NCBI GenBank assembly: GCA_037131105.1
Contig: JBAXRQ010000002.1
Location: 94,100-158,099 of the forward strand
Length of the DNA stretch: 64,000 nucleotides
Reading direction: 5' to 3'
From: a bacterium
GTDB lineage: Bacteria; Patescibacteriota; UBA1384; CAILIB01
Shown here: positions 46,801 through 56,500 of the stretch, in pieces
Layout: each line of letters starts with the position of its first letter
How positions within the stretch are numbered: the stretch's first letter is position 1
Notes under the pieces: model-generated
Told to the model about the DNA's origin: nothing
Databases searched by the model: none
Seen by the model: only the letters and a program-made list of their open reading frames with translations
Position numbers and translations under genes: made by a program

Positions 46801-48241
46801 GTACTGGCTGGCTGGTCTCTACCTGTTTAGTCCAGAGATGATTAAAATACCCCTGGATCTCTTTGTCGGGACTTACGAATGAAGGCTTTGTGGGGCTTTT
46901 GAGTGCTACTATCATCACATTTTGGACATCGGTACCGTTTTCAGGTTTGTTGACCGCAAAAGCGTAGACCTGGGGAAATACCGACTTATAGGTGGCGTAC
47001 TCGGCTTGGAAGAACTGACTTTTGGGGCCGTTGATAGCGGAGATAACATTGAGGATCACCACTCCCTTTGGCGTGAGCCTGTCGTACATGCGCTGGACCG
47101 CTTCCTGGGTGGTCAGCTGGTAGGGTACCGACATTGATCTAAAGGCGTCACCGTAGATGACGTCATAGGTCTGGGTGGTCTCATTGAGATAGGTGCGGGC
47201 GTCAGCGTGGAAGATGTTCAGCCGGTCAGAATCCTTCAGGTTGAAATACTGCTTGGCTAGCTCGGTCACCTTGGGATCGATCTCCACCACGTCCATCTTA
47301 GCCTCTGGATAATGGGTTAGGAAATCCTTGGGATAGGAATAGGCCGCCCCACCCAGCATCAGTCCTCTACCCTGGGCAATGGCAGGGTTCAGAGTGCTGT
47401 CCAGCCTGTAATAGTTTGTGTAGGGAAAGGTAAGCTTGTCACCGTTAAGGTACATGGCAGAGCTAAACTCATTGCCGATCTGCATGAAGCGAGCTTCTTC
47501 AGTCTGCCCTGGAAAATAGCCAGAATAGATCCAGATACGAGAATATTGCGAGTCAGTATCGATAAAACCCTGCTGGGCCAGGACGAGGTCATGAACACGG
47601 AAGATGACCAGGCCGGCTACTAGTATGAGCGCCAGTCCAGTCTGCAGAGGCAGGCTGCGCCGGGTGAATCCGACGGCGAGGAGAGAAGCTGCCAGTAAGA
47701 TAGCGGCTACCAGAAGTAAGACGGTGGTGGTGCGTAGATACTCGATCAGGAAAAAGCCGGCTAGAAAGGTGCCGGTGATGCTCCCTAGGGTAGAAATAGC
47801 GTAGAGATTGCCCACGGTGCTACCTGTGTATTTAAGGGTCTCCATCTTCAGTTTCACCGCGTACGGCGATACCATGCCCAGCAGTACGGTAGCAGGGGCG
47901 AAGAGCACCAGACAGACTACCACCGAGCGGATATAGAGGGATTGGGTCGCGGCTGTGGCAAGGGTAAAGAGACTTCCCTGGATATAAGGTATGCAGGCCA
48001 CGAGTATGCCTGATACCAGTAAAAGGCTGGCTAAGACCTGGTAAGAAGGCCTGCGGTCGGCTAGGCGGCCACCCAGCCAGTATCCTAGGCTTAGGCTTCC
48101 CAGTATTATTCCGATCAGGCTGGACCAGACTACTATAGTGGTGCCCAGGTATGGAGAAAGCACCCGGGAGCCGTCTAATTCAAGGATCATGCCGGCAGCG
48201 CCGACCAAAAAGACGAGAATCTCTAGGAAGTATTTTTTCAT
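46751..48241 (-). CDS. Fused polytopic membrane domain plus spermidine-synthase-like (PABS) aminopropyltransferase domain.
   Basis: N-terminal ~220 aa with about seven hydrophobic helices. C-terminal GGAAYSYPKDFLTHYPEAKMDVVEIDPKVTELAKQYF…IYGDAF… matches the PABS/SpeE fold (GGGDG-like, D(V)VEID). Confidence 0.75.
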   Translation of the reverse strand: MKKYFLEILVFLVGAAGMILELDGSRVLSPYLGTTIVVWSSLIGIILGSLSLGYWLGGRLADRRPSYQVLASLLLVSGILVACIPYIQGSLFTLATAATQSLYIRSVVVCLVLFAPATVLLGMVSPYAVKLKMETLKYTGSTVGNLYAISTLGSITGTFLAGFFLIEYLRTTTVLLLVAAILLAASLLAVGFTRRSLPLQTGLALILVAGLVIFRVHDLVLAQQGFIDTDSQYSRIWIYSGYFPGQTEEARFMQIGNEFSSAMYLNGDKLTFPYTNYYRLDSTLNPAIAQGRGLMLGGAAYSYPKDFLTHYPEAKMDVVEIDPKVTELAKQYFNLKDSDRLNIFHADARTYLNETTQTYDVIYGDAFRSMSVPYQLTTQEAVQRMYDRLTPKGVVILNVISAINGPKSQFFQAEYATYKSVFPQVYAFAVNKPENGTDVQNVMIVALKSPTKPSFVSPDKEIQGYFNHLWTKQVETSQPVLTDEYAPVDRYMLSVM

Positions 48242-48413
48242 GGTTTCATTATACCTTCTTGGAGCTATCTATTGCACCATTGCATTTTTTGGGAAACAGG
48301 TGTACAGTTAAGCAGTCTTTTAGAGACGTGTCTCCGTCTTGCTGGGTCGAGGGTAGGTAGGAAGACAGAATCGTAGAAACAAGTGTAATTCGTTTGAACT
48401 AAATTTTTCCCAT

Positions 48414-48692
48414 ATGTCCAAGAAGCTATACGTTGGTGGTCTTCCTTATTCCACCACCACTGAGGAACTAGAGGCTGCATTCGCCCCTTTCGGTACCGTT
48501 GAAGAGGCTATCATCATCTCCGACCGTGAGACCGGCCGCAGCAAGGGTTTTGGTTTCGTTACCATCACCGAAGACAAGGGTGCTGACGACGCTATCGAAG
48601 CTATGAACGGCAAGGACTTCAATGGTCGTCCTCTTACCGTCAATGAGGCTCGTCCTAAGGAGGCTGCTCCTGCTTACCGCTCTGAGCGCTAA
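48414..48692 (+). CDS. RRM-type RNA-binding protein.
   Basis: RNP-2 (LYVGGL) and RNP-1 (KGFGFVTI) motifs. 92 aa. Confidence 0.85.
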   Translation: MSKKLYVGGLPYSTTTEELEAAFAPFGTVEEAIIISDRETGRSKGFGFVTITEDKGADDAIEAMNGKDFNGRPLTVNEARPKEAAPAYRSER

Positions 48693-48711
48693 TCAGTTTT
48701 CAGCTTTAGGA

Positions 48712-48745
48712 TAAGAAAGGGACCCCCTAGGGGGTCCCTTTCTTT
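48712..48745. terminator. Intrinsic terminator after the RRM gene.
   Basis: AAAGGGACCCCC-TA-GGGGGTCCCTTTCTTT. Confidence 0.7.
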
Positions 48746-48778
48746 GCCATATCCTCCCCTTCTCCCACAAAAATGAAT

Positions 48779-48990
48779 GATCTTCGCTGGTGTGGGCCCA
48801 CACGGCGGAGAACGCTCAGATCCTAAGACCGCCTTCCGAGGCAGCGTCGCTTCCGGGCTAACAGTTAAGGAATCGTCCTCCCTGCCACATCTACAATGTG
48901 GAAGATCTTCGCTGGTATGAGATTCATACGGCGGAGGCCGCTCAGATCCTAGGACCGCCTTCCGGCGGTCCGTCGCTCCCGAAGCGGCGT
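48779..48990. repeat. Two tandem ~100-nt structured repeats (candidate small RNAs) between the convergent RRM and pilB genes.
   Basis: Unit A GATCTTCGCTGG-GTGTGGGCCCACAC-GGCGGAGAACGCTCAGATCCTAAGACCGCCTTCCG… and unit B GATCTTCGCTGG-GTATGAGATTCATAC-GGCGGAGGCCGCTCAGATCCTAGGACCGCCTTCCGGCGGTCC…. Flanks are conserved while the hairpin stem covaries (GTGTGGG/CCCACAC versus GTATGAG/TTCATAC). Each unit also carries a tiny ATG…RRRxLRS* ORF (17-18 aa) whose hairpin-encoded residues are not conserved. Confidence 0.55.
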
Positions 48991-50510
48991 TAGGCCGAGG
49001 TAACTCGATAGATCTCTGACTCGGTGGTCATCCCCCGCTTTACCTTGTCCAGGCCGTCATTAAGCATGGAGACCATACCGCCACGCTCGGCGATCTGTTC
49101 CAGGCCTCCCTGGTCACGGTGCTGCATGACCGCTTGCTCGAACTCAGTGTTGGGGCAGAGTACTTCGCCGATGACTATGCGGCCGGAGTACTCTGGTTTC
49201 TCAGCGGTGGTTCCCGGTACCAGTTTGCGCACCAAGCGTTGGGCGACGACCATCTGGATACTGCCGGCCAGCAGGAACGGCTCGATTCCCATCTCCAGGA
49301 AACGGGTATGGGCAGTGACTGCGTTGTTGGTGTGCAGGGTGGAAAGCACCAGGTGGCCGGTAAGGCTGGCATTCAGGGCGATGGTGGCGGTCTCAGGGTC
49401 CCGAATTTCACCGATCATGACAATGTCAGGGTCCTGACGCATGGCCCCACGCAATCCTTCCGCAAAGGTGAAGCCGTGCTCGCTGTCGATCTGGCTCTGT
49501 TGCAATCCAGGTAGGCGGTACTCGATAGGATCCTCCAGGGTAATAATCTTCTTCTCGGGCGAGTTCAGTACTTTGAGCAGTGCGTACAAGGTAGTGGACT
49601 TTCCTGATCCGGTAGGTCCCGTCACAATGATTAGCCCGTAAGGCTTCTTGATGATCCTATTGATGAGTCCCTGGTTATATTCTGAGAATCCCAGCTCCTG
49701 GATGGTAAGGGTCTGCATGTCCTGGCGCAGTATTCTCATGACGATCCCCTCTCCGTAGCCAGTCGGGATGGTGGCGACGCGCAGGTCGGCGTTGATGCCT
49801 TTGTCTTGGAGGCCGAAGCGACCGTCCTGGGTGTTGCTCTTGTCGTCCAACTTCATCTTTGACTGGACCTTGATGCGGGAGACTAGGCCGTGATGCTGGG
49901 CCATGGGAAGCTCCAGAACCTTCTGTAGTACGCCATCTATGCGGAAGCGGATCTCCAGGACCTTCTCGCTAGGCTCGAGGTGGATATCCGAGGCCTGGGC
50001 ATTGAAGGCAGCGGCTAGAATAACATCTAGTAGTTCTGTCGTACTGGCCTTACCCGCCTGTTCGCGCAGGTCGTCCAGGGTACGGATGTTGTGGAAGTAG
50101 TCTTTTTTCTGCTCCTCGGTGCGGTTCCGGGAGAACTGAGCCTCTTCTTCCACCCGCTCATTACGGAGTTTCTGATAGGCGTCTATGAGCACATTCATAC
50201 TGGTTGCCGAGACTACGGTGAGCTCCAGGTCCTTATGCCAGTCATTCGCAAGGGCTATCAACTCCTTGTGGATCTCCTCATCGTCAGGGCGTTCTACCGC
50301 CATATGTACCTTGGTAGATGACCGCACGTAGGCGGCGTAGCGGCGCTTGGTAACCGTTTCTATAGGGACAAGCTCCAATACGTCCAGGTTAAAGGGGAAG
50401 TCGTCCAGCTGGGTAGTGGTCATTCCCATGTTGGCGGCCATGGCGGCGGCCTGGTGCTCTTCCTTCTCGCGCTGGAACTGCCTGAGTGAGACGTCTAATG
50501 AGGCGGGCAT
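48990..50510 (-). CDS. PilB/GspE-family secretion ATPase (type IV pilus / T2SS-like assembly ATPase; VirB11 superfamily).
   Basis: Walker A (IIVTGPTGSGKSTTLYALL), Asp box, Walker B and His box. ~506 aa with an N-terminal GspE_N-like domain. Confidence 0.85.
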   Translation of the reverse strand: MPASLDVSLRQFQREKEEHQAAAMAANMGMTTTQLDDFPFNLDVLELVPIETVTKRRYAAYVRSSTKVHMAVERPDDEEIHKELIALANDWHKDLELTVVSATSMNVLIDAYQKLRNERVEEEAQFSRNRTEEQKKDYFHNIRTLDDLREQAGKASTTELLDVILAAAFNAQASDIHLEPSEKVLEIRFRIDGVLQKVLELPMAQHHGLVSRIKVQSKMKLDDKSNTQDGRFGLQDKGINADLRVATIPTGYGEGIVMRILRQDMQTLTIQELGFSEYNQGLINRIIKKPYGLIIVTGPTGSGKSTTLYALLKVLNSPEKKIITLEDPIEYRLPGLQQSQIDSEHGFTFAEGLRGAMRQDPDIVMIGEIRDPETATIALNASLTGHLVLSTLHTNNAVTAHTRFLEMGIEPFLLAGSIQMVVAQRLVRKLVPGTTAEKPEYSGRIVIGEVLCPNTEFEQAVMQHRDQGGLEQIAERGGMVSMLNDGLDKVKRGMTTESEIYRVTSA

Positions 50511-50526
50511 AGAGGTGATTTAGTAG

Positions 50527-53500
50527 TTACCAGCGGACATGTATGCGGTCCCAGAAACTTGAATCGGGGAAGAATCCGGCGCGGTAGTCTGTGATTGGCG
50601 TGTAATACTTGTACCCGTTCTTTTCCTGGACGGCATTGGTATTTGCCCTATCGGTAAGAGCGCCATACCCGTAGCTTCCATCCTGCTGCCATGGGGCTGG
50701 TTCTGACAGATATCCTTCCAAGGAACCCAGATCGCCTGCCGGATGACTAAATACTTGGGATACCCAGAGGGAATTCGGGTGGGTCTGTGAGATGCCTGCC
50801 CATTTCTCTGGCATCTGCAACAGGTCAAGTAGTACGCTGTGGACGTTCTGCTGGGCTACTGCCTTGACTCCGGCGGCGTAGGTCACGGGATTCTTGGCGT
50901 CGAAGTCACTCTGGGGAAGATTATTGGCAGCCAGGCTTGCTCCAGCATTGGGCGGATTCGGAGCGCCAAGCGGCCAGTAGCCGTCTCCGGTAGCTCTCTG
51001 CACAACCACTACCTTATATACTCCGAACAAGTTGACCAGGATGAACTGCAGCAGCATTACCGGTGCCAGGGCGGGGCAGATGAAGAGATCGACTATGGCA
51101 CCCACCAGGAGATCCAGGCTGCCCGGTACCAGTCCCAGGGAAGTTTCCAGGCTGCGCAGCTGGTCGCCGAATACCGTGGTGATGGCTAGGGTGATAAGGA
51201 AAGCGGCGGCATTATCCTTAGCGCCCTGGCTGGCGTTGGTGGTAAGGGTATGGACTGCCTTGTAGACGTTGTAGAGCTTCTGGGCGGTACCCGGTTTGAA
51301 GCCGAACATCTTGTCACCGAAGGCGAACAGCTTCTGCTGACCTATCTGGGTAAGCAGGTTTGACATGCTAGGCACGGGCTTGCCATCCTTTCCGAGCTTG
51401 CCGCTGCCGTTATGGAACACGTCGGAACTGAAACCGCTGGAAGCCCAGCCGGCGAAGGCCTGCATAAACTGGGGGGTATTCTGGGCGCCGATAAGCTCGT
51501 TCAGCTTGGCAGTCACAAAGCCCCCCACCTTGGCCATGATGGCGTCAATGGCGGCCTGTTTCAGTCCATCCGCATAGGCAGAGGCGTTCTTAAAGCCGTT
51601 GGCGGCGAAGTCCTTCAGGGTGGCTATGTCGGCGGCGGTGAGGGCGCTTCCCAGGGCTCCTGCCAGGGCAGAGTTGATACCGTACTGGGCCAGCATGGTC
51701 ATTCTCTCGGCATCGGTACCGTGGGTAAGTGTCTCAATGAAGCCTGCCGGGATGTTCTTGTCCACCGAGAACAGCAGGGTGTCATAGATGGCGTTCTGCA
51801 TCTGGGACTTTACGTCCTGGATGAGGCTCTTCTGGAAGTCCTTCTTACCGATCTCCTTGATAGCGTTGAGCTCAGGCCCGATACCGGGGTCGTTCAGACA
51901 GTTGTCCAAAGAGCCGCAGGGGGCATTGGGGTACTTATCCTTGAAATAGCTGTTCAGGGCGTCCTTGCCTGCCGCCTCGACAACCGCCGTCGATAGGCTG
52001 AAGTCCTTCAGACTGTCTCTGAGGTTCTGGTATTGCAGGATAAAGTCGTCAATACGGTCGGCAACCCCCTCAAGCTTGCCTAGACCCTTGTTAAGGGTGC
52101 CGATGAGTTCCTGGACGGCAATGTCGGTAAGGCTGCTGACGTCGCCAGAAAGGATGGCCTGCAGGTCGACATGGCCTATGAGCCCCGGTAGGTTTCCTCC
52201 CCCCAGCTTGGCAATCTCGGCATTGATCATGCTGTTCAGGCTGTCCTGGAGAAGATCGCGGGCAGCAGTCTTATTGAAATCGAGTGAACAGCTTTGGGAG
52301 CCAAAGGTAATGTCGCAGTTGGCCGAGAGGAAGGCATTGCGGAAGCTGGCGGTGAACCCGTCGATGTCAGCTTGGTCAGCAACATTGAATATCTTGCTGG
52401 CTAGCTTCTGCATGCCGATGGTAAGCGCGATCTCTGGTGCCTGGGACGGGTTTAGTACCAGATCGGTAATGGTACCTGCAGGTAGCTGCAGCTTTGACTC
52501 CATGTCAGCGCTCCAAGTCTGGGCAAGACCTAGGTAGAGTGCCTGACCGTTGATGTTGCTGAAGGCGTTTGAAAGAGACCCAAAGCCTCCGGCCGGAGCA
52601 TGGCACGATCTCAGGCTGCTGCTCCCCACGAGGTAACCGTACAGGTCGCATCCTGTGGCATTCTGGATGGCGGCAAGGAGGGCTTGGGCGCTGGCCGGCG
52701 CCCCATTGGCATTAAGATTGGCCTGGGTTTGGGCTAGCTGGTGCTGGGTGGACGGAGTATACAGGACGTCGGCGGTGATCTGGCCGGTAATAAAGCTCTT
52801 AAGAGAGTCACCAGGAGTGGCCCCCAGCCCGTAGAGGCCGTTCAGCTGGCTGGTCCGCGACTGCAATCCGGCAATCTGGTTAGCATAGTCATCGTCATTG
52901 ACCGAGTATTCGGACTTTGTGTTGTTGACTAGATCACTAATGGCTACGTAGCCGCCGTCATTGGTCAGATCATGCAACAAGGTGTCGAAGGAGTCCTTAT
53001 CTTTCTTGACCAGCGGATTGGTAATGATGCTATTTGGTGAAGTCTGCCAGTAGGGCGAATTCGAGTCACTGATCTGGGAAATGACATCCTTACGTGTCTT
53101 AGCAATATAATTGGTCAGGATCCGGTCAGCCTTAGGGTCTGCCTGGGACGGATCGATACTTACCCGAGAGCTGATTCCGCTAAGGATCTTCAGGGCCGCC
53201 TGTACAGAGGGTGGGTCCTGAAGGCCTAGGCTGGTAAGAATGGCGCCGGGATCATTAAGATCGACTACCTGCTTGAAGTCTCCTTTGAAGCTGTTGGCGA
53301 CCAGTCCGAGGCCCTGGCTGAGAAGAGAGTTTCCGAAGTTCTGGTTAAAGGTGCCTGGAGTGGTGATGTCAAAGCCGGCTGGGAAGCCCAGGTCGCTGGC
53401 TACCGCCTGTATCCCCATCTGGCCCATGAAGGCAAAGCGTGCCCCGCTTGCCTCGGCAGCCGTACAGGTCTGAGGACTGTCGGCTGTACCACAGATGGGA

Positions 53501-56500
53501 TCAGCCAGGTTGATAGCGGTGCCGCTCTTCCAGTCCATCCGTTCATCGATAAGCTTCCCTCCGATCTTGGTGAGAAGATTCTGGCTCTGTCCGGTGAAAA
53601 GGCTGACTAGGTCGTTTGTAGAAACCTTGTAGCGTTCGTCATAGCTACTGTTTCCTGAAATGAGGTTGGTAAGTAGCTGCTGGGAGCGCTCGGTTATTGT
53701 TTTGGCACCGAAGGATAGGGCGTCTTCATCATTGATAGGTTGACTCTTCTGAGAAGCGTCAGCACGACCCACGGACATCTCCAGGCCAGCAAGGCTACTG
53801 TTGCCGCTTGTGAGCCAGCCAGTCAGGCTGCCGCTAGGAAGGTTGAGTGACTGGGTGAGCTGACAGTCTGCGGTATGCTCTGAGAAGTTGGTCAGCTGGC
53901 TGTCCAAGGCGTTAGCACGTACGGGGTCCGAAGCATCGCTGGTCTGACGTCCTGAAAGAATGGCCTGCTTCAGGGTGTCAGCGGCGCTGCAGGATCCGCT
54001 GCCATAGGTGTTGCCTGTGGACAGGGATGCCTGAGGGGCTAGAGAGCTTTGGCTATTGCCGTCCTGGGGAGTGTCCAGGCCCCGACCCACGATTGCTTCC
54101 TGAATGACGTGTGCGGCCTTCATGACGTCCTGGCGGCCTGACTCGTTGGCCGGGGCTGAGTTCAGGATGGCTGACTCGATATCGACTATTGCCTTCCTAA
54201 CTGCTTCCACTCCGTTCGGAGCCGACTTGTCCTTGAAGGTAGACAACGCTGGAGTGGCTCCGGCAAGTCCTCCCGAAGAAATCAGGTTACTTACCAGCCC
54301 CTGAAGTTGAGAATAACGGGCGTAATAGAAATCATCCCCACTTGGATCCGCGACGTCAGGGGGCGTCGAGCTCCCTGATCCAGACTGGGCCTGGAGCTGG
54401 TCTGGGCGCAAAGGCAGGTCGGTGCGTCCCCAGACTCCCTTGAGCAGTTCAACGGTACCTATTCGGTCAAATACCTGACTAGCTTCCTTACGGTAGAAGA
54501 TACGGTCCATGTCGGCAGAATCCAGCAGGCCGTTGGTACTGAGGAGGGTGCTGACTCCCGTAGAAGTGAAGTCGCCTTGGTAGGGGGTGCCGTCACCGTT
54601 AACCTCGTTAAAGAGCTGGTGCTGGGCCACTTTGTCGGTCGTGAGGGCGTGAGTGGCAACCTGCTGGCCGATAGTCTTCAGGATGCCGAGGCCGCCTTTC
54701 AGAAGCGTGGCGACGGGATCTCCGCTTCCTGGCTGGACACTGCTGATCTGACCCTGGGGAGTAAAGGTTACCGAAGTGCTGGTCAAATTCAGGCTGGCGC
54801 CCATGCCTCCCTGTCCGATCTTGTCGAAGTATCCCAGTACGCCGTCATCCAGCTGGTGTAGTTGGGAGATGATGGCGCTCAAAGCGTTCTGGGCCTGCTT
54901 GGTACTGGTACTTGATACGTATCCCTCGGTGGAGGCACCTGTGGTAGACAACTGGGAAAGACGCTGCTGGGCGGCTTGGAACTGGGTGAGCCACCCTGAT
55001 GACCAGTTGGAAGGTGTAGGGTCGTTGACTGTGTTGAAGGTGTTCTTCAGAACGGTGATCCTATCGGCCTGGGTCTGGGTGGGCGGCAGATGATAGGTAT
55101 TGCTCCAGACTACATTCTTGATTTGGGGAACAAGGGTATCTGCCTGGGCCTGGGTGAAAGCGCCGGCTCTGACCAGAGCCGTAATGTTAGGATCCCCTGC
55201 TGGGGCCTCCGGAGGTACGACCAGAGGCTTTCCAGGGACTATGACAGTCGTGAGTGGAGGAATAGTGGTAGTACCGGAGGTAGTGAGAAGGCTGTAGAGG
55301 TTGTTCTGGTTACAAATGTCCAGAGGGTTGCTCTCCTTGAACTGCGACAGAACAGTAGTGCAGTCGAGGCCGTTTGCGGCGATAGAGGTAACTCCAACAA
55401 GGGGAAATGGTACGCCGGCGAAGGTTCCGGTCCGGGTAACTGTTTCGGTCTGGTCGGCAGCCGTAGCGGTAGTAGTGAAGCTACCGATGTCCCCTTGAAT
55501 GGTGCGAGTACCTACTAGGTTGAAATAATCACTCAGTGACTTCTGTCCTCCGATCAGTTTGGCGGTGGGCCGGTCAAAGTCAGCCTGGGCGGTGGGCACC
55601 CCGAAGCTCGGTGTGCTAGTACCGGGTGATATATAAGTGAGGTAGAGGTCCTTGTCGAGCTGGTCGGCATTGGTGTTGGAGAAAATGGCCTTAGCAGCCG
55701 GTCCGGCGGCGAGAAGCTGGCTGAAGTCCGATACTCGCAGGCTTTGAGGGGGCAGATTATAGAGCTCCTCGATCCGCCCTATGCCGATGGCCTTGGCAAT
55801 ATCGGCAGCGCTCTGGAGAGAGAAGCCAGTGCTTGGGCTGAGGGTACCGGGGGTTACATGGAAGACATTCTCCTCAAGATAGCGGCTTCCTATCGATGTC
55901 TGTATGGCGGCCGGAGTACTACCTTGTACGGAATCGGCGGGTAGGTTCAGCATTTGCTCCAGGGTGGACTGGCCGACATTCTGGGTTATGGTCCCCCCTT
56001 TGTTGACGAGGGCATTGGGGAGTAGGCCGAGCTGCTGGCTTAGGTAGGCTCGTCCGAAGTTGTCCAGTGTGGAGGAAAGGTCAGAGCCCTTTAGTCCCCC
56101 GGTTGGCCCTCCTATCAGCTGACTTAATAACGAGGCGCCGGTCTGTTTGACCAAGTCCCCGATATTATTCATCGTGATGCCGGAGATATTGACGCTCGTC
56201 TGCAGGTCGAGGTTGGCCAGGAAGGTATCGAAGCCTCCCTTGAATGCGTTCAGTGCTCCCTGGTAGACAGTGCTGATATTCGGCAGGCCGCCAGACTGGG
56301 AGATGCCCTCGTCAGTCTGCCAGGCTACCTTGGTGGGGAACTGGGTGTACTGATAACTTACCTTGTCTCTTCCTATTCGTTTCTTCTCGGTGATCTTGGT
56401 GGTGACCCGGATGTTATCGATAGCGTCGATATCAAGGGCCTTGGCCAGGCAGGTGCTTCCGTGCGGCGGGTTTACATCATAATAATGGGCCGAGAAGATA

